Assembly (NCBI GenBank): GCA_036172245.1
Contig: JAYWIR010000004.1
Span: forward strand, 1,860,001 to 1,924,000
Direction of reading: 5' to 3'
DNA length: 64,000 bases
Source: Raillietiella orientalis
Lineage: Eukaryota
The position numbers and the translations under genes are program-made. Shown here piece after piece: positions 21,931-35,791 of the stretch. The notes beneath the pieces are model-generated. The model ran no database searches. It saw only the letters and a list, made by a program, of their open reading frames with translations, and was not told where the DNA came from. Each line of letters starts with the position of its first letter. Within the stretch, counting starts at the first letter, position 1.

Positions 21931-24900
21931 GCTCCCGAAATTCAGAAGAGCACTTCCCTGAACTCTCTGAAGAGGTAGCGACACATCTACTCAATCAGTA
22001 CGACGCGGAGGGTCCCCCCGGAACGAGGGATCCGCTCCCTTGCGCAACTGGAGGGGTCAACCACTCCTCGATTCCTGGAAGGACCCGTAGGTCGACTCCC
22101 ATTGTCCCGGCCCTCATCGGGATCATCCGGTTTGAACCGCTACCAGCGCCGCACCCGAATGAATGGAGACCAACCAGCGTCATCTTGCGGGATGAACTCG
22201 AACCCACGACGGACTGCGTCGATTCCTTCGGAGTTTTCGAACCGGCGACGCTTGGTGGTGCCGCGCGCGGAGACAGCAGCAGCCACATGGCCTTCGACGA
22301 AGATGACTGCCCCTGGCAAGATTGCCCACGAAACCACCGTTCGGCGTGCCACCAAGGCACGGGAGCCTTCTGCCGTTCTTCTCCTGGACATGGAAGGGGA
22401 ACCGGACTCGGGATCTTTCCAGACTTTTTTTGTTCCCTTCTTTTCGTTCCTGAAAAGACGTGCCCTCCCGTATCCACGAGGGAGATGTAGTATCCGAACC
22501 GGTTCGCGCGCGCCTAGCTTCCTGAACAGAGTCGGCAGCCCCTCCTTGGGAAGCTCTTCCCATCCTGACACCTCCAGGATGGGCGCGACCCTGGAGTGCA
22601 ACCGACCCCTCGGCCATCTGCGAATCCGCTGCATCTGACGGTTTCCTCAGCCCGTGAAAGGCCGAGTTTTCTCGAGGCATCAGCCCTTGTTCCTCTTTCC
22701 GGTCTTCGACGTCGGAAGAAAAAGAAAGGAAGGAAGGAATGCGGTGTTGCGAGAGGGATTGAAGGGGGAGGAGGAATGGTCTGCGGGAGAAGTCAAATAT
22801 GAAGACAACTCGGACCCCCGATAAACAATGCAGGGCTCCTGTAGGACCGAAAGATGAAGAGAGGGCCTTTCGCATTGCTCTCGATGGAAGTCGGCTCAGC
22901 AGCGCACCCGGCAGCCAGACGACGAGAGTTCGAAATAGGGAGGGGAGGGGGCGGGCGGTGGAGTCTCCCATAAGTGAACGTTTCCCGGCAAAACCTTTTC
23001 CGGGGGAGGAAGTTCGATGGAGAGGGAAGCATCGTCTGGCCGTGGATACCCGGCGATCTCCAGTGCGCGCACGATCCGGCCCAGCGGGACTAAGCACCTG
23101 GAACCGAGGGAAGATCATGTTCTGAGCCGCACAGCATCGCACCTCAGGACCATATTGTGCATGATGGGGAGGATCCATGCGCTGCTTCCCGCAGTAGGAT
23201 CCCTCACCAGGACCGGAGCGCGATGCGGGAAGGAGAATCCCTCGAGAACACCTTCAATCGGTATATGAGGATCCGGTCACCACCAAGGCGTGCTATCGAC
23301 TGAATCCAGATCACCGGACCTGGGGGACCCGAACTGTTGCAGGTACGGGGAGAGAGAATCCCTCCTGCACCTGCTTGTAGACTGTTGCCCTCCGGCCCCT
23401 GTGGTTGCGTTAAGTAACGGCCCTTAGCCCACGAACGGGCAATCCCAGGGACGTGATGAGCGCCTCTTCGTGCGCGATGCCCTTCTGCACTTCTGCCTGC
23501 CGCATCCCCAGCAGCTCTTTGCTGCTGCCTACGGGGGATCGCGGCGGTCTGGAGTTAAGTGAGAGGAGGACGTCACGATAGGGACGCCATTTCCTTTGCC
23601 CTGCTTTTCTTAAGGACGGCATCTATATAGATGGCCCCACTTGGGGCATACTTCAATGGAACTTGCCGGCATCCTGGAAAGAATTCAGAGGACGCGCTCC
23701 AGAGGACGGTGATCCCTTCCCATGTCCCCCAGAGGTTTTTTTATTATTTATTTTTATTTGTCCCCCCCCCCTCCACTGCCGAGACGAACCTCTCCGGCCT
23801 GCATACCAGTCACTCGACAGCCTCCGAGAATTTCGGACAATGTAGGGCCGATGACCCTACACATGTGTGTGCCAATTTTTTATAATGAACTTCCCGGCAT
23901 GATCGGGTAATAAACCAAGGCACGCTATCGACTAATGACCTCTGTCAGGACCCGGAATCAGGAAACCTCCTCAACTACTTTATCCCAGAGAAGCTCCCCT
24001 GATTCGACTGGAACCAGGCTCCAGAGGTCAACCGAGACCAAGTCCGGTGGAGGATTCTTTCTCTGAAATACAAGCGAGCTCAAGGGCATGTAAGTCGGCA
24101 TTTCCTGGAAAGTTTTTCGTAGGGGATTGCCTCGTGCCCTAGGATCGTCTCATTCGGGGAGGACGTTGGGTTTCGAAAGAGCTCCTCGGTCCTTGTGGAG
24201 GGCTCCTTTCTGCCCTTGAAAAAGGAAGAGGTGAGGACGAGACTCGCGCCAAATCGCACCTGCAGCCGACCCCGAAGGTGGGGGAGCCTCCAGGCGGTAA
24301 AATAAGGTCGGCAGGGGAAGCCGGCAAACCGAGCCCGGCAACTTCGGGATAATGGTCTTCCCTGGGAGGTAGATCAGGACTGCTGGACTTGGGCGGGAGA
24401 AGGGTTCCTTCGCCGTTTGCCCGAGAGCCAACGGGACAACCGACGTTTTCTCGCTCGGCGGGGACATGCGTTTCTACGGGAACACCAGGGGTACTCTCGA
24501 AGGCCGCCCGCGGTACGTCAGGCGCACGTCGTCCCTCGTAGTGGTCCCTGCCCCCATTACTCGGGATTCCGGGCCTCGGAACGGCCTCTCTCGACGTACT
24601 TGCATGTTGCCCGTCCCTTCGAGAGCGTAGTGGCGCTCCCAAAGGAGTGGAGACAGAGGAAGCAGAGCAGACATCGGGGACCGGCTATTCACTCTTTTTC
24701 AAAAGCACTTCATCGTCGGTACGAGAGACCGTCGTGAAAACCCTGGGACTCAGCCAACAGCGGAGCGATGAGAGGACTGAAGGTCACCTTAGGCAACAAG
24801 CGAAGCATGTCGGGAAAGGTATGACTTGCTCGAAAATCTAAAAATCCCGGGACACCCTCTGGAAGCATTGGCTGGTCCCGAAACGGAGGAAGAGCAAGAA

Positions 24901-25849
24901 GCGAGCGACACAGATTCAACGCAAGACCACTCCCGCGGCAGTTTCAAGTCGCTCATCCGGTCATACAGCGTGGTCACGTAGAAGGACCTGACCAAGACAA
25001 AAGCGTCTGATTCTGGAGACAGGGAAACTTCTTACCCAAACTCCGCCGTCTGCTCGCCCTCCTCCCCTTCTTCCTTGTGAGCGTGCCCCATTTTCAGCAG
25101 AATACGAGCAAAATCGGCGGGTCGGGAGCACCGCAGCAGATTCCAAGCAACCAAGGAACCGATCCTATTTACATCTTCCTGTTCCGAGCCAGATCTTCGT
25201 AGCTCGAAACTCTACGCGGATCTGTCCTCTGTCTCACTTTCTCAAGAGTTGCTGCAAATTTCCAGCCAACCTTTTTACGCGCGAGATGGCGTTAGGGCTC
25301 GGAAGCGTTCCTCTGGGAGCACGCTTTGAAGCCATGTGCAACCAGGTGCTCTTCCTCTGAGAAAAATTCCAGCTTCTTGGGAGTGTCTCCTATCCCGCAA
25401 AGTCATCCCGCAGAGGCAAAAAAGATGACATTCAGTTCGAAGTAGGAAGGTGCTCTTCGTGTTGTCGGATGGGATGGACCAGAGTTTTATGGGTGTCCCT
25501 TAGCTTGCAGAGACGATGCACACGAAACGAAACATTATTCGAAGTTTCTCCCTAGCTACAGAGAGTTTCTCTCTTCGCCATCGATCCCAGCGTATGCATC
25601 GATGCGCAACCCTTAAATTCACGTTTCCATTTTCTCCGCAGGATGGCAGAGCTCTCTCACGTTGACGCAGCGAAATGATCTCCTCATTCAGCTTCACCTA
25701 GCTTGGAAATGCAAGCAGCGCCTGACTATGACCTCTTTCTGCTCTCCCACGTATGATGCCACCTTGTCTTGGGGACTCTTTAACACATGACGGCCCACCC
25801 CGCTCCTCCTCCATCAATCCATGATCCTCTATGGGAGTGAGCGGTCCAC

Positions 25850-28560
25850 TAAGGTCTTATCCGAGAAGCGGACGACGTCAGAGTTCCCGAAGAGCACCTC
25901 CATGAGCGAACTAGAAGCAATCAGGGGCTTCTGACATCTAAGGAAGGAAAGGGAGAAGCAGCGAAAACAGAAGAGCTTGGAAGGAGTAGCTGATAGACCA
26001 CCAAAGAAGGCAGAATAAGTGTCATCTCGAAAGTGCGTGATCAGCGTATGCGGAGTCTGCTCCAGCGTTTCCGAAAATCACCGCACGCTAAGACCCCTCT
26101 CCGTGTGAAGACAGCGATGATCAGTGTTTCGGAAGAGGGTGCAGCAGCTAAGAAGAAACCGACCCGGAATTGACATCGAAGATTGCATTTTTCCTGGAGA
26201 CCTGACCGTTTGTGTTCCAGTTCTTTTGTAGACAAGAGGGGCTCCTAATTTGCTCTGCACCTTCCGAATTGAGAAGCGCTCACTTCGATTCCTCTTCGAT
26301 GGCACCAGAGGACGTCTTACCTCCCAAAGGGCCAGTGCCACAACCATTTGTGGGTCAGAAAGCCCGGATCTCAGTCTCCAGCTCTCCGGTTCTCCAACGG
26401 ATCAACATCATTCTCGTATCCGGATTTGCAGAGAACTTGGGAGATGAGACGGAGAAGGGAGGCTGAGTTCCGCATAATCTTCGTGGAGCGTACATCGGGA
26501 AATCCCAGCGAAAGTCTCAGGGAGTCGACCGAATGACTTCCGTTGCGACTATTACTCATCCTCTCCGCTGTTTCTTGTTTGACTCCGAGAGCGAGGAGGA
26601 CCGTTTTCTACCTTCTTGGAAAGGAAATGAAAGGAACAGTCTTCGTCACTTCCGGGAAGCCAGACTTCGCACGAACCTTTTCTGACCGTTGCTTATTTGC
26701 CCTCCGCAACCTCCTCTTCTCCCTGTTGTTGGCAGGCAGACTGAGAAAACTTTCGTTCGGGTCTCCTGGAGCAACACAGAATTTTCTCTTCCCAGAGCCA
26801 CAACCCAGAAAATGTTCCGTACAGATCCCATTCTTGTAGGAGAGAGATTTCATGGTAACCTGGGGAAGCGAGGTACAAGCAATGATGAAAGTGGATTCCC
26901 CTCGCCGCCTCCTCTGTATGGCTTTTCCTCTTCATCTGGTCCTTGGGAAAAGGCTTTGGTCCTCGCGCAGGTGCGCATCACGGCCGTACGGTTCAACCAT
27001 CGCCCCCAGAAACTGCCGCGAGACGGAGGGATGTTGGAACTCCTGAAAAACGGTCTTCTGCCCCTTTCTATCAGAGTCCTTGGAACCTGCTCTTCTTAGC
27101 ACTCCTGGATCCGACGTAGCTGCTGCTGAGGAGCTCTCGAGCGGGTAGCCTCGGGAGGAAATTTCCTACTCCTCGTCTGAGAATGGAGAATTTTCCTATG
27201 CCTCAGAGGCAGTGGGGTGCTGGGTTTCAGAAAGGATTGAGTTTTCCGGTGCGCAAACAAAAGAGGGTTCTGTAAGTAGGGGATACAAAATCGGAATTTT
27301 GTTGGCAAACGGGAGGAGCATGGGTTCCGAGTGACCGAGAAGACGCGAAGATCTCTTCGCACCTCTCGGATCCTTTCGCGTCGACCCAGGAGGAGAGAAT
27401 TCAGAGGGAGAGGTGAAGGGAGAGCTTTCGAGGAAAGCAGAGGGTAAAGGACAGGAGTTCCAGGAAGAAGCATATCCTTCGAGATCTCTCCAGGGAAGGA
27501 TAGGCTAAAGGGGGCAGTTCCTATTAGGAACTATCGACGACCACCTCCAAGAACGGCAACTCATCGGATCGTCCATTAGTCACGAAGATATGAGGGAAAG
27601 GACTGCGAGGAATGAAATCCTGTCAAAGTGTGTGCGACGAGCTCGAGGCAGCGGCTCCGAGTAGAAGAGAGGACTTGCGTCCTCATTCAGGAGATGTTTC
27701 TGAAAAAGGTCCATCTCTTCCGTCCCTCCGAGCATTGAGTGCTCGGACAAACAAGACCGAATGGCTTCTTGCTAAAAGCCACTGGTCGGCACTAGCTGGA
27801 AGAAGAAAGATGCCCACTGAAGGAAGCACGGATCTAACTACCTCTCGCTAAACAAAGGTGGTGTGTCTGGCTGTAGCAGCGCAAACTTTCAATCACTTGC
27901 CTTCTCCTCGGTGGTTCTTTGCCGTGACCCAATGATGCTGCATCATCACCAAACCCTGCTCTCCATCCCCGCATCTTCTGCTTTTGCTGTGCCTCAAGGC
28001 CAATTAAGGATTCTTTTCCTCTATTCAGGCAAATTCCCATCGGTATAAAAAGTTTCTTTTGTCCTTCCGCCATCTTTCTTTAGTGATCCGGACGTCTGCT
28101 GAGTCCAACCCGTAACTCTAGTTCTGGGAATATTCAAAGACCCGACCCCATATTCGTATTGGTCTCCTGTTTTCTAGCCAGAAGTCTTCTCCGAATTTAT
28201 TGTCTTCTTCAAAAGCAAATCCTCTTTCAGGAGAAGTTCCTATCCCATCCCTTCAGGAATGCACATTTCCATCTCTCTTTGCCTTGAGGACATTGGAATC
28301 GGTCTCTCTGCTGACTCTTTGACTTTCCTTTCTGAAGCCTTCTCTGCGGAGGCAAGGTGAAACAGGTTCCATTTTTTCCCTTTAAGACGCTATGCAGGAG
28401 AATTTTTCTCGTTATTTCTTATTTTCTTCAGCTCGTGGGATGGGTGTGGTCATTCCCATAACCGACTGAAAGGGCTGCTCTGGATCAAGCCACGCGCTCG
28501 AACTTCAGAGCAAATCGCCGACTTCCCGACTACCTTCCGAGAAAAGTGGACAAGATGTGG
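25850..28560 (+). mobile_element. Degenerate DIRS1-like tyrosine-recombinase retrotransposon
   Basis: RT remnants KEGRISVI (~26005), IDIEDC (26169) and FQFFCRQEGLLICSAP (26212; cf. YQFxxLPFGLxxAP). RNaseH-like remnants at ~26400-26700, LYGF (~26915; cf. the YAFPP motif of the DIRS methyltransferase-like domain), and recombinase-like SLC..RTL (~28270) and SARGMG (~28430; cf. HSxR). Domain order fits DIRS. Confidence 0.55.
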
Positions 28561-31239
28561 GGGTTTCGGGGAAGATCTAAGAGGAATATGGTTCCTTTTT
28601 TTGAACATGCACTTGAGCGGGTTCCGAAGGATCATGACACCCTGTTAGGAACGCTGACTGAGAGATTAGAAGAGATAGAGCCATCTAGCGTGTTAATGCT
28701 CTGCAGAAGACTGGGGTTAAGACATTAATCAATCTTCAGAAACAGTCGACCCGTACCACATTGATCCCGGACAATCCTCGACACTCCGGATCGCTTTCGT
28801 TCCTGAAAACTCCGGAGGCCATGACCTGGATAGAAGGTTGTGAGTCACCATTGCCTCACCATATCAGAACTCGTTGATGCTTCTTTCAATGCAACAGAAG
28901 CATGGAGAAGTCAAAGATGGCGTAATCTGGCAAATATCTCTCAAAAACCAGCAATAATTTTTTCACTCCATTTCCTGAATGTATGCACCAGCTAAGATGA
29001 TAGAGAGGATGATGGAGAAGAAAAAGCTGTATCTCCCTTAAATGCCACAGAAAGGGAAAAGAGTCGATTCTCGCTCCTCCCAGTTTCATGCATCATAATG
29101 GATCAGTAGTCGAGTATTTGAACTTTCTTCTATTCTTCCTTATCTCTGATCTTTTCGAATCTTCAGATAATATGCTTCAGGTCTCCACTTATGTTGGATG
29201 GAAGAAAAGTCGGGATCCAAGCATGGTGTAAGAATCGCAAAGATTCTTGTCCTCATCCCGAGGAAAATGATAACTCAGTATTGTCCAGAACAAATGAAAC
29301 AGAAGCGTCTCACCTGTTGATTGATCTGGCGTCCCCTAGATCGTATCTGTAAATTGGGGAGAATTCGATTCCAGGATCCTTAAATGAAGATTCGTGTGTT
29401 TCACCCACTTCCCTGAAGTTTCATCCCCTTTCTAAGGTGCACATCTCCAGCATCTCCATGTTTTAGAAAAGTTCTGAGACCCCGCGTTAGAAACAGCGTT
29501 ATCGACGAGTGAATGTGGGGCGTTGTGGTCTGAATGGAAAATGACAGCCTACTGATTTTGTGTTGTTGTGTGTGTGTGTGTTTTAAAAGCACGCACATTA
29601 ATGTTTCGTAAAACCTACAGAAGAAGGCTTGTTTTTAAGTGACTAAAATTATTTCGTGGTGAGCAGTTCAGCCTTCGAATGAATTTTGATACAGTGTCAT
29701 CGCAAACTCGAGAGAAGAAACTCTTGAACTGAATGGCTTTCTATCCCCGACTACAAGGATGAAAGATTGTTTATGTGACTGTTTTAAATACATACTAGTA
29801 AGGATAGAGTTCTTGGATCGACATTTGCTGATTTCAATGCTGTTTACCCCACAAAAAGCATCAGAGTCTCACGAGAGCACCGATCCTTTCTCAGTGATCG
29901 CTTTCATCTCGAAAAATTCATCTCCTCAGGGTGATCGATTCAGTCTCCCAATGCAAATCATCCTCAGCCACGATCTCGGAAAAAGTGAGTTGCTCTCAAG
30001 ATTTGAAGAGATAATGCTTTCTATCTACACCAAGGGAACTGCTCTTCATCTCTTAATAATTAAAAGTTATTTATACTGCGTATAAAAGTGAAATGGAAAC
30101 ACGAAAAGGGAAGAAAAATAATCAAAAAATAATCAAACACCTACGAAAGCGTATCAAATAGAGAGTTTGAAAAGAGATTGCGACCTCCGTCAAGAAATAA
30201 TGAGTTTTAATAATAAACCTTCGGCGAGTTCACAGAGTGAGGTGGAGGCGGATGAAAATGGATGCTTCCAAGTCCACGGAATCCATGAAACCCATCTGAA
30301 GTGCAAGAAACGCTTCCCTTTCTCACTTGGAGTTGTTGGATGGGCAGCAAAAAAAAAAAAAAATCTACGCAAGAATCACAATGGCGTCCGAGAAGTGTTC
30401 AGAGCTGAAAAGGAAAAGGATTTCATGTATCCGACCGGAGAGAATTATCCGAGAACGCGAAGAAAAAAATCACCGAGGTTGTGAAAGACCACCTCAGCAA
30501 ATCGGAAACTGCCATCTGAAGAGAGATCTGTGAAATATCCTTTGACTGTTTTCCTTGGAAAATGCCATCTATAAGTATTCAAAAGTTGCATTTCTCTCAC
30601 TCTTTACCTCCAAGTCCATCAAACTTCCTCCCTTAAAATTCACCTTTTTGCAAGAAAAACGGGGAGAACTCCCCCCCTCTTCTCCCCACCCACGAATCTT
30701 CCATGAAATTTAATTTTAGCACTGCTTAGATTTACTTGTACACATACATATTTGCCTGGGTATACTTTGAAAATCAAGACGTTTAGTTTATAATATAAAA
30801 TGATGTTTAGTTTATTCATGACGCAATTACAATCACTTGGAAATCTTGGAAACCAATAAGAAATAGGCGAAGAATAAGAATTCTCTTCAGAATTGTCATA
30901 AGCACTACAAATGTACATTCTACGAAAGAACACGTTCAGCACGTCTTCTACCTATCTAATCGTAAACAGAAGACAAGTCGTAGGAGAGGCGAAACTCTTG
31001 CAAAGTTATCTCTGAAAGCAGCAACTCTTGGTACAGGACTAGTATCCTGTGCCTGTCTACAGGTTTTCCATCGTTCGTGGATTTGAGATTTGCTTTCTTA
31101 AATGGCAACCCATGAGGCCACTTCTGAGGAAATGGTCTCATGGGGTGAAATCAGGAGTCATACCGACCCACCATCATGAGCATTAGTGAATCTGCGAGGT
31201 TACACCACAGAAAAATGTTTCATCAGCTTTCCGCCAATG

Positions 31240-33320
31240 CCATGGGATATGGACGTGGGTAGCATGACTCATAAAGAAGAGGGAGGATGCAACTCGAAAA
31301 CGAAGGTACTCTGTATTGGAGGAATTCTTTCGGCGTTGCGTTTGTCCACATATCCGGGCAGTTGCGAGTTATTTTGGAAAACCACGTTACTTTTTAGCTG
31401 CAACAACATTTCTTCGAAAAGGACTGATAGCTCAGCAGCGAATCTCAGATGTCTGAATGTCCGACAATTATAATCTCAGCACCAGAAACAAATAGAGCTG
31501 GATTCCACAAAGACTTGGACGAATCAGGCAGAGCATACCTAAGCGAATTACAATTATAACTCCGTTGAATTACCGTTACCTCGGTAAAGATTCGTTTTTA
31601 ACATAGTTTGGGCCTCAGGTCCTATCTCTCAAGCTTATTCCAACCACGGTCATCTCGTTTGCACATTTTTCTCTTTCTCTAACTGAGGAGATTCCCTTTT
31701 CGTCAAACTAACCATCAAGACACGAGGTTTTGCATGTGTCCCCCCCCCCCACACACACATACATCGGCAGCACTACATTTTTAATAATCCGTGAGTTCCG
31801 ATTGTATTGCACAAAAGTTCTCATCCAGCAATATCTGCACCATGTACATGACCACGCACGACAGAGGAGGACACATTCGGCGGTGGAGGCCGACGTTCAC
31901 GAATTCTCATGGCAAAATTTGGCTCACCCGGGCTCAAGTTGTCTGTAAATCACACTTTTCGTAATAACAGGCTTCATGGAGTTGACTTCTGGATACGTGT
32001 AACGGAAACAAACGTTGCTGGAATCGGTCCCGATGACTAATTGTACATAACGATTTTCGGGAGCACATCTCAGCGGACTATTAAATTGAGACCACAAATC
32101 AGTAGTGTCTAATAACAGTCTCATTACGCGTATGTCTTTGTCTCCACCTCTTCGAAAGACAGATAGAAACAAAAAAAACAGAAAAGCGAAACGCAGACAA
32201 ACCTCGTACATACTTCCTTGGTGCAGCTGTACTGCTTACATTCAAACGCATCTTTAGGTACGCTTGTCGAGAAGAATATCACCACAAGCAGTCCTTCCGG
32301 ACTGCTTGTGGTGATATCTTCCACCCTTTACCCACCACACAGAGCAGATTCTTTAGTTGGGCCTCTTGGAACACACGTAATATTCTTATCCAGGGGATCT
32401 ACCAAATACATTTTAAACCTGTGGAAGCAAGAGGGTTCCTTCTGAAAATTGGCCCCACACAGCACCAACACTTTAGTAGGCCGAATTATTGGATCGATCC
32501 GTGTTCAGTCAAATAGGGATTTGTGGACTTTTTTCGATTTCGTTTTCCTTTTTGTGTTAGGAGGCGCTGAGACAACTGAGAGCGAATGCATCAGCGGAAA
32601 TCATTCACGATTTTCTTCTTTTTTTTTGGGGGGTGGATGATCATGTCCGCAGACGCTTAAGAAACGGTTGGATGAGCTCAAAGGGAACTGATGGACACGC
32701 ACCGAGATGCAAACAAACGAAAATCTCAAACAAGTGGTAGAGGGAAGCCAAACGCAAGTTTGCAATATTTGAAGGAACATGGGATCATAAACGAATTTCG
32801 GAGGAGGGGAACAGCAATTCCCTGCTGAAGAAACGTATCGGGCAAATAAGGAGACTTGACTTCTTTGACACTGTGGTGAAGAATTTCCAGCCACGAGAAA
32901 ACGCACTCGGAACCGTCGGCTAATGCTATATTTCAAGGCAGTAATCCTTTCGCCGTTTGAGATCGTTTCATGCTTTATAATTTGCAGCCAGACAATGAAG
33001 CATTGCAACTGTTATGCAAGCTTGTGTAAATAAGGCGTCTATACGCCCTAAGGCAAATTGTTCGATAAAGTGATGACAAGAGCCAGGAACTTGTAAACAT
33101 GACCAGCCCGACATCTTTATTCCGCCAATATTCTAAAGCGATTCCAATTTGATCCGATAAAACTGTGTAACTGGACAGAAATTTAGAGGAAAAGAATGAT
33201 TCTGCGCTACCGCCCTTTCCGCATGCTGATGGAGCACAGCAGGCAGTCAACCAGAAGCAACTGAGGAACGCTCCATCTTGAGCTCAGTGTTGCAACCACG
33301 TTCCAGTAGAAGAGGTGCAA
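31240..33320 (+). mobile_element. Degenerate Helitron Rep(-Hel) relic, helicase part not seen
   Basis: In order: MDVGSM...C....K...LCIGG..L..YP...ELF (Zn-finger-like N-terminus), NVRQ-YN (cf. NIRxYN), a remnant of the HUH motif EFQxRGLPHxH (~32380-32425), an ISAEIP-like stretch (~32590), and PYNP/HINVE/KYxxKG-like remnants (~32940-33070). Many frameshifts. Confidence 0.6.
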
Positions 33321-35791
33321 ATACACACTCACAAGCCTCGGGAATTTTCCACAGAGGTAACGCAGGAAAACTGGCATTCTTCTCGACAACCACGCACAAA
33401 TGTTGACTTCAACGTTTGGATGGACAGACGGGCAATGCTGCGGTTCAGTGACACGACGTGTAGAGGACCCGTGGCACACAGAAACACATACAACACGCGC
33501 GACGAAAAGCAGAATTCCTGAACTGCTATAAAATTTTGGAAACGGGAAAATTGGCTGCTCTCAATTGATCCGTACTCAAGAGCGTTTCAAATGCTCAACT
33601 TTAACATTCTAGAAGCCGACAGAATTGCTCTTCGCATCCAAATAAATGAACTGAAGATCGGAGGAGGGCAAAAGGTGTCGAAAATCAGTCCCCAGGCAAA
33701 ATGAAGGCCTTCCAACGCAAACGAAATTATGAGAAAGAGCAAGAAGGAGAACAAGTAGAGGAAGCCTCATAATCTTGTCTTTTGAAAATGAAAATTCGAT
33801 TACACTTGGAAGTCACGAGTTATTGATACAAAAGCCGTCATTGATGACGCTTACGATTTTCTGAAGGATTACAGTTTTTCGCGGGAAAACGATACCGAAG
33901 AGGAAGAAAAAAAAAAACAAACGGTGGGCACAAATTCCAAAAGAGGATGCACTGAAGCATCTTCAGACACTGCCATGCATTACAGTTCAGTTAAATGAAA
34001 TCACACTTTCTTGCACACAGAAAAATGCATTTGTGCATTCCATCATTGCAGTCTCTGTGCGCCACATCGGTTTAAATCACTGCACATAAATACTTTCTTA
34101 TCTTGTCGCATTCTCTGGATGTTCTTCACCGTTGCGTGGGAATGTTCAACGAAATTTGTGGGATTCGGGAGGAAAACTGTACCTTGGGGCGTAGGAAGAC
34201 TGCGTCCGTGCAGATTTAATTCTCTCTCTTAAATATACAAGTTTATTAACATGGACAGAAGCAAAATAGACTCAGATCGCAAATTTTATAAAAAAGAAAA
34301 AAAAATGCAGCGACCAATAAAGGAGGTTCGCGGGTTTTGTGAAATTTTTCAGTTTTTGATAGTACCTTTCCCCCACATGTAACTATTTTGACAAATGATC
34401 CAACTTTTATTCCATATTGCCGTCTGCCACCTCAAACACTCAACATGAATTTCCAATAAGTATTTTTTTTTTCATCATATTTCTCTGAATAGAAGCACTT
34501 ACAATACTTACAAGTCTTGAACACATCAGAACTTTGATGCAAGTCAACATTTAGAAAAGAAAAAAAAAAAAAAAACGAAAACAGTAAGTGTTCAACACTT
34601 CCAAATTGAAATAAAAACGAGACACAGGATACAGACAAATACAACAAAACGATTTAATCAATTCTTTAAAATCATCTACATGCACTAATCAGGAGGGGAA
34701 AGGGCTGTGCCACCTGAATCAATCCTCTGATGCATAAAGTTCTCCTCCTGTCGTTCATTCTTGCTTTACTTTACGCAAGCAAAACAAAGGCCTTGCTTTC
34801 GTACCTTCGGGTTTCTTGTGCCAACTTTTATTGCTGTTTTGTGAAACCCTATAAACCCTTTTACTTATTTGGAATAATAATGAGTTTCACGAGGTCCTCT
34901 GATGAGAATTTGAATATCTTAACAAAGATAATTGGAAAAGGTAAAATATAACGCAACGAAAACGTGTAGGCAGGAAAAAAAAAACCACAGGTACTGACAA
35001 GGATGAAAGAACAATGTACACTGATATATTTCCATGTTTTCGCCATGGAGAAGCGATGGAAAACTTGAATCACAATTAAATTATTCATGTGAGCTCACCT
35101 AATAAAGAATACTTAGAGCTTGGAATATGTGCATGTACAATTGCTTAAACGCTTCACCAGAATTCAATCATAAATTACTGGAGCAGTCATTGATGAATAT
35201 AAGATAATTCTAGAAATGTGCAAGAACAAGAATATAAACTTACATATTAATATTTAACATCGTATCAACAAAACAAAGGTATATACAAAACAAATACACC
35301 AATATTTCTTCATTATGTTATAAAATCCTTGTATATTTCATTTTAGGTACTTATCACTTAACAGTGATGTAAGGAATCTAGAGCTGCCATATATCTGGCA
35401 ACCCTCCTAACACCATCAAAACTGATGTAAGTATCAGAAACATGCATGAAAATTACAGTCATGATTTAAAAATTGCATTTTAAGTAGTATAGAATTTCTT
35501 TGCAAAAAAACAGCATGTAGATATATATGGCTATTTTTCATAAGATAAAGCTACAGTCATCACGGGAACAATATAGGCATATGGAATCTCATAATAGAAA
35601 AGAAGGGTTTGCACAAAAAGGACGAGAGACAAGCACAGCCTGACAGCAAACACAAGCTCAGACCAGACACAAACAGAAAACCAGTGTTGGCTGCCATCCT
35701 CGTCCAAGACTAAGCACAACACTGAGAACATGAATGCCCAATTTGACTAGATCGCAGGGACTAGATGGCGATATCACAGAGAAAAGAATAG

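Noticed and set aside
17300..24700. Further DIRS/recombinase-like fragments
   Set aside because: Only isolated short motif resemblances with no consistent domain order. Probably repeat-derived but unclassifiable by eye.
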